This document shows positions 50,036 through 59,498 of a stretch of 64,000 nucleotides of DNA, in pieces. Position 1 is the first letter of the stretch; the number at the start of each line of letters is the position of its first letter. Under the pieces are notes generated by a model. The model searched no databases. It was not told where the DNA came from and was given only the letters and a program-made list of their open reading frames with translations. Origin of the DNA: an uncultured Candidatus Saccharibacteria bacterium (GTDB lineage: Bacteria > Patescibacteriota > Minisyncoccia > Phycocordibacterales > UBA2100); NCBI GenBank assembly GCA_964350885.1, contig CAYGKV010000001.1, positions 4,073 to 68,072 of the forward strand. The letters run 5' to 3'. The position numbers were made by a program, and so were the translations under genes.

Positions 50036-50060
50036 GCTTCTACCACTGAACTACTGGCAC
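50036..50060 (-). other. relic copy of tRNA-Ala 5' half (acceptor + D-arm, ~22/25 identical), not foldable into a full tRNA
   Basis: GTGCCAGTAGTTCAGTGGTAGAAGC on minus strand; downstream sequence lacks anticodon/T arms. Confidence 0.4.
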
Positions 50061-50144
50061 TTCTGCTCTGTTATATCAGAGAAATGACAAACTGGGAATC
50101 ATAGACGATTGGCACGTTGCGTAGGTATCTGGTAATCTGAGCAC

Positions 50145-51350
50145 ATGAAGTCCAATACGGTAAAAGCGCTGACGCTCGATATCAAACAGGATGGATGGGA
50201 GAAAAGTCGTGGATTTGTGATGCGTGAGGTTCCCATGCCCGTTTTGGATGAAAAGAATAATACAGAAGATGCGCTCGCAGTCATTCTGAAGATCAGGTAC
50301 GCCGGCGTGTGCGGTACTGACCGCGGGCTGTGGAATCGCGCCGTTTTTAAAGATTATGTACATGATTCACTTGCGCGGGAGAAGAAGACCACGCGCATCA
50401 TGGGCCATGAGTTTGTGGGGGAAATAATCGAAGTCGGCTCGATGGTTCCGCGTTTGTATAATGATCCGGATGAGAAAAACCGCGTAAAGATACAGGTCGG
50501 CAGCCTTGTCTCGGGAGATTCGCATGTGACCTGCGGCAGATGCTATCAGTGCCGTATTGGAGAACAGCATGTGTGCATCAATGAAGGGATCTTGGGTATC
50601 TCAATGGACGGCATCTTTGCAGAGTATGTGAAGATCCCCGCCAAGAATCTGTGGGCAATCGACGAGAGCCGCATTCGCCCTGAGATTGCCGCTATCCTCG
50701 ATCCGTTTGGGAATGCGGTACACGCGACGACCATCGTCGATTTCCGAGGGCAGCGCGTAGCGGTATTTGGGTGCGGCCCTATCGGTATGTTCGCAATATT
50801 GCTTTTGCGAAGTTTCGGGGCAGTGAAGATTATCGCTGTCGATGTAAACAAAGCGAATCTGGTGATGGCGAAACAACTAGGCGCGCATGAGACTATTCTT
50901 ATTGAAAGCAAGAAGAAACAAAACGAATGGGAACACGATCCCGAAGTCGTCGCCCGCATCATGGAGCTGACGTATGGAAAAGGCGTCGACATCTCAATGG
51001 AAATGGCAGGACCGGCAGCGTCGGTCAACAACTGCATCGAGAGCACTCGTCGGGGCGGACATGTCATTTTGTTTGGCCTCAAAGATGGGGATATCACCAT
51101 TCCGAAGTTTTCCCGTGCCATCGTACGCGGATTGACTTTCCACGGGATTATCGGGCGCAACATTTTCAAGACGTGGCAAATCGCCCAGCGTATGCTCTCC
51201 GACAAAACCAACGGCATTCAAGATGCAATATGGAAGGTAATCCTGAAGGAGGGCAAGGGGACACTCTATGATTTCAAATCTTTTACGCCCGAGAGTTTCG
51301 AAAAGGCCATGAATGAAAACCCTAAGATCGTGTTTAAGATCAATGGGTAA
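50145..51350 (+). CDS. tdh: L-threonine 3-dehydrogenase (Zn-dependent MDR family)
   Basis: GVCGTDRGLW, GHEFVGEI, structural Zn Cys cluster (CGRCYQCRIGEQHVC), ILDPFGNAVHA identical to the TDH motif, operon with kbl. Confidence 0.8.
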   Translation: MKSNTVKALTLDIKQDGWEKSRGFVMREVPMPVLDEKNNTEDALAVILKIRYAGVCGTDRGLWNRAVFKDYVHDSLAREKKTTRIMGHEFVGEIIEVGSMVPRLYNDPDEKNRVKIQVGSLVSGDSHVTCGRCYQCRIGEQHVCINEGILGISMDGIFAEYVKIPAKNLWAIDESRIRPEIAAILDPFGNAVHATTIVDFRGQRVAVFGCGPIGMFAILLLRSFGAVKIIAVDVNKANLVMAKQLGAHETILIESKKKQNEWEHDPEVVARIMELTYGKGVDISMEMAGPAASVNNCIESTRRGGHVILFGLKDGDITIPKFSRAIVRGLTFHGIIGRNIFKTWQIAQRMLSDKTNGIQDAIWKVILKEGKGTLYDFKSFTPESFEKAMNENPKIVFKING

Positions 51351-51356
51351 ATCCGT

Positions 51357-52541
51357 ATGTACGCAAATCTCAAGTCGATTCTCGAAACGGAACTCGCGAC
51401 AGCAAAAGAGAATGGCACGTACAAGCAGGAGCGCGTACTCGAATCTCCGCAGGGGCGTGAAATAACCGTCGGAGGGAAGAAGTATTTGAATTTTTGTGCA
51501 AACAACTATCTCGGACTCTCCGGCACGGAGCTCTTGCAAGAGGCATCGGAAAAGGCTGTCGAGAAGTGGGGGTACGGCCTCGCATCAGTGCGATTTATTT
51601 GCGGGACGCAGGTAGTTCACAAAGATCTCGAGCGAGCTGTCGCACGATTAGTCGGCACGGAAGATGCCGTTTTGTACTCCTCGTGTTTTATGGCCAATGT
51701 GGGGCTCTTTCAGACCTTTTTTGGCGATCAAGATGCGATTATCAGCGATGAGCTCAATCATGCGAGCCTGATAGATGCGATCCGACTTACAAAATCGGAG
51801 CGCCATGTCTACAAACACATGGATATGGCGGATCTCGAAGAAAAATTGAAAGTGACAGTGGGGAAGCGCTTTCGTGTGATAGCGACCGACGGCGTGTATA
51901 GCATGGACGGTGATATTGCGCCATTGAAAGAAATTTGTGATTTGGCCGACAAATACGACGCATTGGTGATGGTGGACGATGCGCATGCCGTTGGCGTCAT
52001 GGGAGAGACAGGCGGTGGTACTCCGGAAAGCTGTGGCGTCCTGGGGCGCGTGGATTTTATCACCGGTACATTCGGCAAGGCGTTCGGCGGAGCGGGTGGA
52101 GCATTCACCGCGACACACAAAGAGGCGGCAGAGTATCTGCGCAACCGTTCGCGCTCATACTTATTTTCAAACTCGCTCGACACCGCTGTCGTCGGCACAT
52201 CACTCTTTGTGATCGACTATGTAAAATCACATCCCGAAATCCGTGAGCGCTTATGGACGAACACAAAACTTTTTCGCGAACTAATGAAGAAAAATGGTTT
52301 CAAAGTCCCCGATGCGCAGCATCCAATTACACCAATCATGCTTGGCGATGAGAAAAAGGCGGTGGATATGGCGAAGGCGCTATTCGATGAAGGGATCTAT
52401 GTGATCGGATTTGCATTTCCCGTCGTCCCGAAAGGCAAAGCACGCATTCGCGTGCAGGTCTCCGCCGCACACACTAAGGAAGATATCGAGACGGCGGTCG
52501 CAAAATTCACAGAAATAGGCAGGAAGTTTGGGGTTGTGTAA
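51357..52541 (+). CDS. kbl: glycine C-acetyltransferase (2-amino-3-ketobutyrate CoA ligase)
   Basis: PLP-dependent alpha-oxoamine synthase fold, NFCANNYLGLSG, lysine motif region TFGKAFGGAGGAF; 394 aa. Confidence 0.85.
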   Translation: MYANLKSILETELATAKENGTYKQERVLESPQGREITVGGKKYLNFCANNYLGLSGTELLQEASEKAVEKWGYGLASVRFICGTQVVHKDLERAVARLVGTEDAVLYSSCFMANVGLFQTFFGDQDAIISDELNHASLIDAIRLTKSERHVYKHMDMADLEEKLKVTVGKRFRVIATDGVYSMDGDIAPLKEICDLADKYDALVMVDDAHAVGVMGETGGGTPESCGVLGRVDFITGTFGKAFGGAGGAFTATHKEAAEYLRNRSRSYLFSNSLDTAVVGTSLFVIDYVKSHPEIRERLWTNTKLFRELMKKNGFKVPDAQHPITPIMLGDEKKAVDMAKALFDEGIYVIGFAFPVVPKGKARIRVQVSAAHTKEDIETAVAKFTEIGRKFGVV

Positions 52542-52563
52542 GGAACCTCACTCTCCCCTAGAG

Positions 52564-52662
52564 GGACTGCTGTTTGTCACCAGTCGCTTCGCTCCTGGAC
52601 AAACAGGGAGCCCTACAGGACTGCTGTTTGTAGCCACGCATGGCGTGGACAAACAGGGAGCC
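52564..52662. repeat. two tandem palindromic repeat units (GGACTGCTGTTTGT…ACAAACAGGGAGCC) immediately downstream of kbl
   Basis: unit 1 52564-52612, unit 2 52618-52662; each is an imperfect hairpin with shared arms and variable centre. Confidence 0.5.
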
Positions 52663-52772
52663 TTGACAATTATTCGTTTTCCCCGATGATTGTGGGGAAT
52701 GTAAGTTTTCCATACAAAAGCGTGGAAAGGTTGGTTTACATTATTTTAGAGGAAACACATACACAAAGAATC

Positions 52773-53114
52773 ATGGCTAAGAAGCTATACGTCGGCGGGC
52801 TGCCCTACAGCACGACCGATACAGAGCTCAAAGACGCTTTCGCGCAGTGCGGAGCCGTCGAGTCTGCTGTTATCATCATGGACAAGATGAGCGGCCGCTC
52901 GAAAGGTTTCGGTTTCGTGGAGATGTCATCTGATGAGGATGCACAGAAGGCGATTGAGATGTGGAACGGGAAAGATTTTGGTGGACGCTCGCTCACGGTA
53001 AATGAAGCGCGCCCAATGGAAGATCGCCCGCGACGCGATTTTCGTAGCGGCGGTGGCAGTAGCGACCGTGGCGGTTACGGAGGAGGCGGAGCACGAGGAG
53101 GAAAGAGCTGGTAA
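52773..53114 (+). CDS. RRM-domain glycine-rich RNA-binding protein
   Basis: RNP2 KLYVGGL and RNP1 KGFGFVEM motifs, C-terminal RGG/GGYGGGG tail. Confidence 0.85.
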   Translation: MAKKLYVGGLPYSTTDTELKDAFAQCGAVESAVIIMDKMSGRSKGFGFVEMSSDEDAQKAIEMWNGKDFGGRSLTVNEARPMEDRPRRDFRSGGGSSDRGGYGGGGARGGKSW

Positions 53115-53135
53115 GCTCTTTCTATATCTCCATCA

Positions 53136-53160
53136 AAAAGCCCCTTCGGGGGCTTTTTGA
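53136..53160 (+). terminator. rho-independent terminator aaaagcccc-ttcg-ggggcttttt
   Basis: read directly, 22 nt after RRM gene stop; preceded by second hairpin gaaagagct-ggta-agctctttc. Confidence 0.65.
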
Positions 53161-53285
53161 TTTCCGTCGCCACATATCCACACGTGGTGAATGGAGAGTC
53201 GTCGGTCTCGTTCATAATGATGTACTACAACGTTATGCGATCTCAATTTGCGCACGAACCTGCACCGAGGAATCCTCGAGGGTCT

Positions 53286-54437
53286 ATGAGAGCGCTCGCC
53301 ATTCACCGATTTCTCCTGCGTCTTGCGTTTGCGGCAGTGCACGTGTTTGCGTGGGTATTTGTATTTCAGTATTTTTACTCTCTTGAATTGAGCGTTGCGA
53401 CTGCGCTCATACATACGGCGCTTTTCTACACGCTCTCGCAGGCAATTGCATGTCTTGTCACTCCGATTGCAGCGCGCTTCTTGCGCGGAGGAGTGCGGCG
53501 GCTCATGTTTTTGGGGGTATTGTTTGCGGCCGCCGCCTTCGTCGTACTCGGAGCTGCTCTTGAGGGATTCTGGCCTCTTGAGTATATGGGTGCTGCCATC
53601 GCCGCGTTTGCCGTCTGCATGGGCTTTTACCGAGCGCTGTATTGGATTCCATACGAAGTGGAAATATCGGGAGAAACGAGAAAACGCCCTTCCGTTTTTT
53701 GGGAGATATTGATCGCCGTCTCGCCGCTTGTGGCGGGCCTCTTGATAGCGAGCGCAGGAGAAATATCGGGATGGGTTCTCTATAGTGGTGCGGGGATTGT
53801 ACTCCTCTCCTTGGTACCGATTCTCTCGGTGCGCGACATACATGAGCGATTCTCCTGGGGGTACCGCGAGACATTCACAAAGCTCTTTACTATCGAACAT
53901 CGACACATCGCGACGAGCTCGTTTTTGGAAGGAGTGTCGGGCGCTGCGCTACTCTTTTTTTGGCCCCTTGCGGTGTTTCTCATCGTCGAATCTTCGTACG
54001 GAATGCTCGGCATCATTCTCGCGTTTACTTTTCTGATGGCGATCCTTACACGTGGTGCCGTGCGGAAGGCTCTGCGTCGCCTCGGCCTCGCTAGGTCAAG
54101 GACTCTCGACGTGGTGTTCGCTGCTAGTCCATGGTTGTTTCGAATTGTTGTGGGGACTCCCTTTGCGATCATGCTCGTCGATTCGTATTTTTATACGACT
54201 ACGCCACGCCGCCTCGGTGTCGATCCACTAGTATTTGAACAAGCAGCAGATGGTGGTTCGTATGTAGACGAATACACGGCGCTCAAAGAAATCGCACTTG
54301 CGCTCGGGAGAACGGTCATCAGTATCTTGGGTGTGACGACCGCGCTCTTCATGCCAATCCCGGCCGTATTTATCTCGATTTTCGTTGCAGCCGGCCTGTG
54401 TACCGTCGCGGGTGTTCTGTGGTTGCGCTCAAATTAA
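53286..54437 (+). CDS. polytopic membrane protein, MFS-like
   Basis: ~10-12 TM helices, loop ARFLRGGVRRLMFLG reminiscent of MFS motif A; start uncertain (ORF opens at 53157). Confidence 0.4.
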   Translation: MRALAIHRFLLRLAFAAVHVFAWVFVFQYFYSLELSVATALIHTALFYTLSQAIACLVTPIAARFLRGGVRRLMFLGVLFAAAAFVVLGAALEGFWPLEYMGAAIAAFAVCMGFYRALYWIPYEVEISGETRKRPSVFWEILIAVSPLVAGLLIASAGEISGWVLYSGAGIVLLSLVPILSVRDIHERFSWGYRETFTKLFTIEHRHIATSSFLEGVSGAALLFFWPLAVFLIVESSYGMLGIILAFTFLMAILTRGAVRKALRRLGLARSRTLDVVFAASPWLFRIVVGTPFAIMLVDSYFYTTTPRRLGVDPLVFEQAADGGSYVDEYTALKEIALALGRTVISILGVTTALFMPIPAVFISIFVAAGLCTVAGVLWLRSN

Positions 54438-54483
54438 AAAAGAGAGCGGGACGAATGTCCCGCTCCAGATTTTCTTCATATCG

Positions 54484-54870
54484 TCAGATCAGTCGGAGGT
54501 ACCCATCTTGATCCAACACGGGATTTCGAGGCGGCTTTTGACCAGCTGATTTCCGTAAAGCCTTTTGGAAACCCTTCCGACGACGGAAGATCTCCATCAT
54601 GGCGTCACGATAGGCCATTCCGAGTTCCCTCGTCGCTTTGTTGACATCGGGAACAAACTCGCGAACGACTGTGCCCGTCAGCAGCGCAAGTTCACATTTC
54701 GGAGTGCGCCGTTTTGCAATCTCGATCGAGATGGCGCGAAGGAGAAACCAATCCACCCACAACGTTTTCTTCGGCGGCATGAGATGGGCATATGCGGGAT
54801 GATCTCTCAGAAAGCCGAGGCCTGCCGCCAGTTCGGTGTTTCCAGCAGGCTGGTAAAACTCTCTTTTCAT
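54484..54870 (-). CDS. hypothetical basic protein (128 aa), downstream partner of cryptic pair
   Basis: ORF with ATG overlapping upstream stop by 1 nt (TAATG); no motif recognised. Confidence 0.4.
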   Translation of the reverse strand: MKREFYQPAGNTELAAGLGFLRDHPAYAHLMPPKKTLWVDWFLLRAISIEIAKRRTPKCELALLTGTVVREFVPDVNKATRELGMAYRDAMMEIFRRRKGFQKALRKSAGQKPPRNPVLDQDGYLRLI

Positions 54871-55214
54871 TAGATGACCCTCCTCTTTCCTCGTTTGTCA
54901 GCAGAAGCACGCACAGGATGTTCGCGATTGTTCAGGATTTTGACGAGAAGCCGCCAATATGCTCTGAATACTTTCTGCCGCCTTTTCCGTTCCCCCTGTG
55001 TTCCGATATAAAGTTCGGAAATAGTGTAGCGGACCGCACCGCACTTACCCACGCGGGGGAGTTTGTTAAGAGTGAGGTTAAATGCCCTCAGTGCGAGGTC
55101 AGGCTTGATGTACTGCCTGTCCTCTTTTGAAAGCGAGTCAAGAGCAGTGCCGACCTCGCCATCTTGGATGTGTATGTGCAACATGACTGCCTCCTCTCGG
55201 CGTCTGGGTTCCAA
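54870..55214 (-). CDS. hypothetical basic protein (~105-114 aa), upstream partner of cryptic pair
   Basis: ORF; Lys/Arg-rich C-terminus (KRRQKVFRAYWRLL…KRGKRR), possible nucleic-acid binding. Confidence 0.4.
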   Translation of the reverse strand: MEPRRREEAVMLHIHIQDGEVGTALDSLSKEDRQYIKPDLALRAFNLTLNKLPRVGKCGAVRYTISELYIGTQGERKRRQKVFRAYWRLLVKILNNREHPVRASADKRGKRRVI

Positions 55215-55258
55215 CTCTTTACTTCTACGACTATTCCACGAAATTCAATGTTGCGCAA

Positions 55259-55711
55259 TTAATGCAATAGTTGGGCGACGACCTGCTTTACATCGTTTCC
55301 ATCAGCGCCGCCGGCGAATTCTTTCATTACGGCACCGGTCAGTTTGCCTGCGCCTGATGCGTCAGTCACTCCCAGTTCAGCCATTTTTGCGCGCGCGACC
55401 TTCTCGATCTCTTCGCGGCTTGCCGTTTGGGGTAAATACGTCTCTATAATTTTGAGTTCGTTGGATTCTTTCTCAGCGAGCTCCGGTCTGCCGCCTGCTG
55501 CGAATTGCTCTGCAGAATCTTTCCGCTGCTTGGCGAGCCGCTTCAATACAGATACAGCATCGGCATCAGACATTTCTTCTGTCGGTTTGCGGCCTTTGGC
55601 GACCAGTTCGTTGGTAAAAGCAGAAAGCGCTCCGCGCAACGTATCGCGCTTTAGATCGTCCTTCGCCTTCATAGCCGCGACCATATCTGTCCGAATTTGT
55701 TGGGTCAACAT
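55259..55711 (-). CDS. GatB/YqeY domain protein
   Basis: 150 aa, LKRDTLRGALSAF…LAKQRKDSAEQF typical YqeY. Confidence 0.75.
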   Translation of the reverse strand: MLTQQIRTDMVAAMKAKDDLKRDTLRGALSAFTNELVAKGRKPTEEMSDADAVSVLKRLAKQRKDSAEQFAAGGRPELAEKESNELKIIETYLPQTASREEIEKVARAKMAELGVTDASGAGKLTGAVMKEFAGGADGNDVKQVVAQLLH

Positions 55712-55752
55712 GTTTTAAGTATACCAAGAGCGCCCCATGATACAATCGCCCC

Positions 55753-56829
55753 ATGGAATGGGTCGTCGTCGTTCTTCTGGTCGCAATACTCGGACTCCTC
55801 GTATTTCTTTTTTGGCGTCGGCCGGATACCAAACAAGATGTGCAGAGCCTCATGCTCTTGCAAAATCAGATGCAAGAGCTTTCTCGTGCGATGGAAGCCA
55901 AGCTCGGGGAGGGAACGACCCGGATGTTTGAGAGCATGAAAACCCAATTTGGCGAGTCGCAGCGGCTTGCTTCAGACATTCGTGATCTAGTAGCAAAGCA
56001 GCTCACAGAAGTGCGCGTGGAGCAGACGAAAACCAATGAATCCACGACACGCTTTATGGTGATTGCCGAACAATTGGCCAATCTTGAAAAAGTGCTCAAA
56101 CACCAAAAGCAGCGTGGCAACCTCGGTGAAGCTTCGCTCGAGCTTATCCTCTCCAACATTCTGCCGCCCGGATCATACGAGATGCAGCATCAATTTCCTG
56201 GTGGAGAGACGGTGGATGCCGTCATTATTACGAAAGAGGGCGTGATACCGATCGATGCGAAATTTTCGCTCGACAACTATCAGCGGCTTGTGAGCGCGAT
56301 TGATGACACCCAGCGTGCTGAATTGGAAAAACAATTCAAAAATGACCTCAAGCTGCGGATCGACGAGACTTCCAAATATGTGCGCCCCAAAGACGGTACG
56401 CTACCGTTTGCCTTTATGTACATCCCCGCAGAGGCTATCTACTACGACCTCCTCATCAACGAGGTGGGCTCGGTCAAGGTAAATACGCGCAATCTCATTG
56501 ATTATGCCTACAACGAAAAAAGAGTCATCATCGTTTCTCCGACCACGTTTGCGGCGTACCTCCAATCAGTCCTATACGGTTTCAAGGCGTTCAAAATAGA
56601 GGAAACAGCGAAAGATATAGCCAAGAATGTCGAGGCGCTTGGCCGACACCTCAATGCGTATCAGGAGTACTACAAAAAACTCGGCGCGTCACTCTCCACT
56701 ACGGTCAATCATTTCAACGCGGGTTCCAAGGAACTCGGCAAAATCGACAAAGATGTACTCCGTATCACGGGCGAGTCGGCAGCGCTCGATGCGCCGCTTT
56801 TGGAGCGGCCGGTTGCAGCCGACGAGTAA
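55753..56829 (+). CDS. rmuC: DNA recombination protein RmuC
   Basis: N-terminal TM helix, long coiled coil, C-terminal RmuC nuclease-like domain (FAFMYIPAEAIYYDL). Confidence 0.8.
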   Translation: MEWVVVVLLVAILGLLVFLFWRRPDTKQDVQSLMLLQNQMQELSRAMEAKLGEGTTRMFESMKTQFGESQRLASDIRDLVAKQLTEVRVEQTKTNESTTRFMVIAEQLANLEKVLKHQKQRGNLGEASLELILSNILPPGSYEMQHQFPGGETVDAVIITKEGVIPIDAKFSLDNYQRLVSAIDDTQRAELEKQFKNDLKLRIDETSKYVRPKDGTLPFAFMYIPAEAIYYDLLINEVGSVKVNTRNLIDYAYNEKRVIIVSPTTFAAYLQSVLYGFKAFKIEETAKDIAKNVEALGRHLNAYQEYYKKLGASLSTTVNHFNAGSKELGKIDKDVLRITGESAALDAPLLERPVAADE

Positions 56830-56849
56830 TCGATGTATAGTGCTGCCAC

Positions 56850-57170
56850 ATGGCTAAGATTGCGATTATCGAGACGGGCGGAAAGCAGTACGTCGTAACA
56901 AACGACAGCGTTTTGGATATTGAAAAAATCACCGGAATCACCGGTGCTGGGGCGAAGATTACATTTGACAAAGTATTGCTAACCGACGATGGAAAAGAAA
57001 TGAAGGTGGGCACGCCATACCTCGCGGGAGCTACCGTATCAGCCGAACTTGTGGAAGAGGGGCGCGATTCAAAAGTCACGGTAATACACTACCGTCCCAA
57101 AAGTCGCCACTTCAAAAAAGCGGGCCATCGCCAACCGTACGCGAAAGTAAGGATCACCGCCCTTACGTAA
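56850..57170 (+). CDS. rplU: 50S ribosomal protein L21
   Basis: MAKIAIIETGGKQYVV…, 106 aa. Confidence 0.9.
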   Translation: MAKIAIIETGGKQYVVTNDSVLDIEKITGITGAGAKITFDKVLLTDDGKEMKVGTPYLAGATVSAELVEEGRDSKVTVIHYRPKSRHFKKAGHRQPYAKVRITALT

Positions 57171-57198
57171 ATCCAAGAGGTTCCGCCTCTTTGGTTTA

Positions 57199-57795
57199 TT
57201 AGTGTCTGTTTTCTAGCGCGCTTTTTATAGTTTCAGGGTCGGCGTATTCAAGCTCGCTTCCAGTCGAAAGCCCACGGCCCAACGTGGTTATTTTTAATGA
57301 TTGAGATACGGCCCCCATTAATTTCTCGCGCACGTGGATTGCGGTCACATCTCCTTCGGGGTTAGCAGGGAAGGCGAGGATTACCTCGCTAAGGCCGGGC
57401 CTTGCCGCGATTGAAGCTAATAATTGCTTGATGCGCAACCCGTTGGTTTTTTCCGATGCGAGCGAGATAGTACCACCAAGAACAAAATAATGTCCCCGAA
57501 ATGTGCCGCTTCTCTCGAGTGCGGCCAGGTCTGCATCGGAAGCGATAACAGCGAGGACTTTTTCATCCCGTTCTGGATTCGAACACGTGCTGCACACCTT
57601 CTTCTCGCCTCCATGAAAGCGCATGCAAGAGGAACACTGAAAGACCGAATCTGATAGTGTCTCCAATAGGTCGATAAGCTCTTTTCGTATTGCGGCATTA
57701 CGCAAAAGAAATTGCACGAATCTCTGTGCCTGGCGCGGTCCGATACCGGGAAACCGTGCGAATATGGAAGTCAGGCGCTCGATCGCATCGGTCAT
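57199..57795 (-). CDS. recR: recombination protein RecR
   Basis: HhH N-terminus (RFPGIGPRQAQR), C4 zinc finger (CSSC…CSTC), Toprim domain. Confidence 0.9.
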   Translation of the reverse strand: MTDAIERLTSIFARFPGIGPRQAQRFVQFLLRNAAIRKELIDLLETLSDSVFQCSSCMRFHGGEKKVCSTCSNPERDEKVLAVIASDADLAALERSGTFRGHYFVLGGTISLASEKTNGLRIKQLLASIAARPGLSEVILAFPANPEGDVTAIHVREKLMGAVSQSLKITTLGRGLSTGSELEYADPETIKSALENRH

Positions 57796-57798
57796 GTC

Positions 57799-59265
57799 TT
57801 AGAAAGGGGAAGGTTCGACCTCCGCTTCTGGAGTGAAGTCGCCGAAATCGCTTTTTTCGATAGAGCGGAAGGTCGTCTTTTCTTCATCAAAACGCAACTC
57901 CACTTTGCCCGTAGGCCCATTGCGGTGTTTTTCGATGAGAATCTCCGCGATGTTGTTTTTTTCAGCGCCAGTGTCGGCGTTCATTTTGTCTTCCCGGTGA
58001 ATAAACATTACTACATCCGCGTCTTGTTCAATCGATCCGGAGTCGCGGAGATCGGAGAGTCGTGGTCGTCCACGACGCTGCTCTACTGCGCGAGAAAGCT
58101 GCGAGAGCGCAAGTACTGGCACGTCGAGCTCGCGGGCCATCGCCTTCAGCGATCTGGATATCTCTGTAATTTGTTGAACCAGGTTATCATTTCCGCGAGA
58201 ATGCGTCGGGGTGATGAGCTGGAGGTAATCGACGATGATGAGCCCCAGATCTTTTTCCAGTTTGAGTCGCCGCGCGACGGAGCGCATTGAGAGTACGGTG
58301 GCACTCGGCTGATCGTCAATGAATATCGGAGCTTCCGATAGGGAAGCCATACCTTCCTGGAGGCGTTCGAAGTCATCTTCTTTCTTGATTTTACCTGTAC
58401 GCAGCTTCCACGAATCGACGTTGGATTGGGCGGAGAGCATGCGATCGGTGAGTTGCTGCGAACTCATTTCGAGGGAGAAGATTCCGACTGCGGTTTTGTG
58501 TTTGATGGCAGTTTTTCGTGCGATATCCAAAGCGAGCGCGGTCTTTCCCATCGAAGGACGGGCGGCTAGAATGATGAGGTCGGATTTTTGAAAACCGGAC
58601 AAGCGGCTATCTAATTCGGGGAAACCAGTGGGCACGCCACGCATTGCCAGCTCATTTTTCTGCAGATGCTCAAGCCGCTCCCACGCTTCGGCGAGCTCTT
58701 CCCGAATCATGCTGAACTTTCTCAACGATGGTGCATTGGCGACGGAAAAGATCGCCTGTTCCGCTTCTTCGAGTATATCTTCAACCTGTCGATCTTCACT
58801 GTATCCGAGCTCACTAATCTGCCATCCGACAGACAAGAGAGAGCGAAGAATAAATTTACTCTGGACTATATCCGCGTAATGTTTTGCGCTTCCCGGAGAC
58901 GCGGAAGCGGCCACCAATTCCGAAAGGTACGCAGAACCGCCGACATCGCTCAACTGCCCAAGATCTTTGAGTCTGCTCGATACCGTGATCAAATCGATCG
59001 GCTGTCCTTTCTCATAGAGAGCGAGCATTGAATCAAACACGATACGATTTTGTCCGGCATAAAATGAATCAGCTCTGACAACATCAGCCACTTCATACAT
59101 CGCCTCGGCATTTATCATGAGGGATCCGAGTAATGCGCGTTCGGTATCGAGACTCTGTGGAGGTACGCGCAAACCAGAACTCGTTTGCACAGGGCTTTGG
59201 ATCCCTTGTGAGATGTCGCCTCTACGCGACGTTTTGTTTTTGTTACGATCATGGAAAGAGGCCAT
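57799..59265 (-). CDS. dnaB: replicative DNA helicase DnaB
   Basis: N-terminal DnaB domain (ERALLGSLMIN), Walker A ARPSMGKTALAL, RecA-like C-terminus; no intein. Confidence 0.92.
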   Translation of the reverse strand: MASFHDRNKNKTSRRGDISQGIQSPVQTSSGLRVPPQSLDTERALLGSLMINAEAMYEVADVVRADSFYAGQNRIVFDSMLALYEKGQPIDLITVSSRLKDLGQLSDVGGSAYLSELVAASASPGSAKHYADIVQSKFILRSLLSVGWQISELGYSEDRQVEDILEEAEQAIFSVANAPSLRKFSMIREELAEAWERLEHLQKNELAMRGVPTGFPELDSRLSGFQKSDLIILAARPSMGKTALALDIARKTAIKHKTAVGIFSLEMSSQQLTDRMLSAQSNVDSWKLRTGKIKKEDDFERLQEGMASLSEAPIFIDDQPSATVLSMRSVARRLKLEKDLGLIIVDYLQLITPTHSRGNDNLVQQITEISRSLKAMARELDVPVLALSQLSRAVEQRRGRPRLSDLRDSGSIEQDADVVMFIHREDKMNADTGAEKNNIAEILIEKHRNGPTGKVELRFDEEKTTFRSIEKSDFGDFTPEAEVEPSPF

Positions 59266-59498
59266 GCACAGATTCTAGCATTTCTAGGGTACTAGTCTGT
59301 GAAGGGAAACTACCCGTTATGCCGTATAACCCTTTGATAAGGTGTTTACAACGCTGGGGATATGTATCTCCGTCGCCTTCTCTTAGGTCGCGGCCATGTC
59401 CTTGACTCCAAGAGGTAAGTTTGATACAACGTAAACCACAGGAATAAAAATAGTCAAACTACCCAGAAAACCTATATTTTGCAACAAAAAACATCAAT

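Noticed and set aside
49683-50049. Plus-strand ORFs 49683-49973 and 49732-50049 and the N-terminal extension of the 48455-49948 ORF
   Set aside because: They run through the tRNA-Ala gene and its relic copies; the secreted protein start is at the signal-peptide Met (49732/49723).
55063-55718. Plus-strand ORFs 55063-55449 and 55344-55718
   Set aside because: Antisense to the well-supported GatB/YqeY gene; Ser/Arg/Leu-rich artefactual translations.
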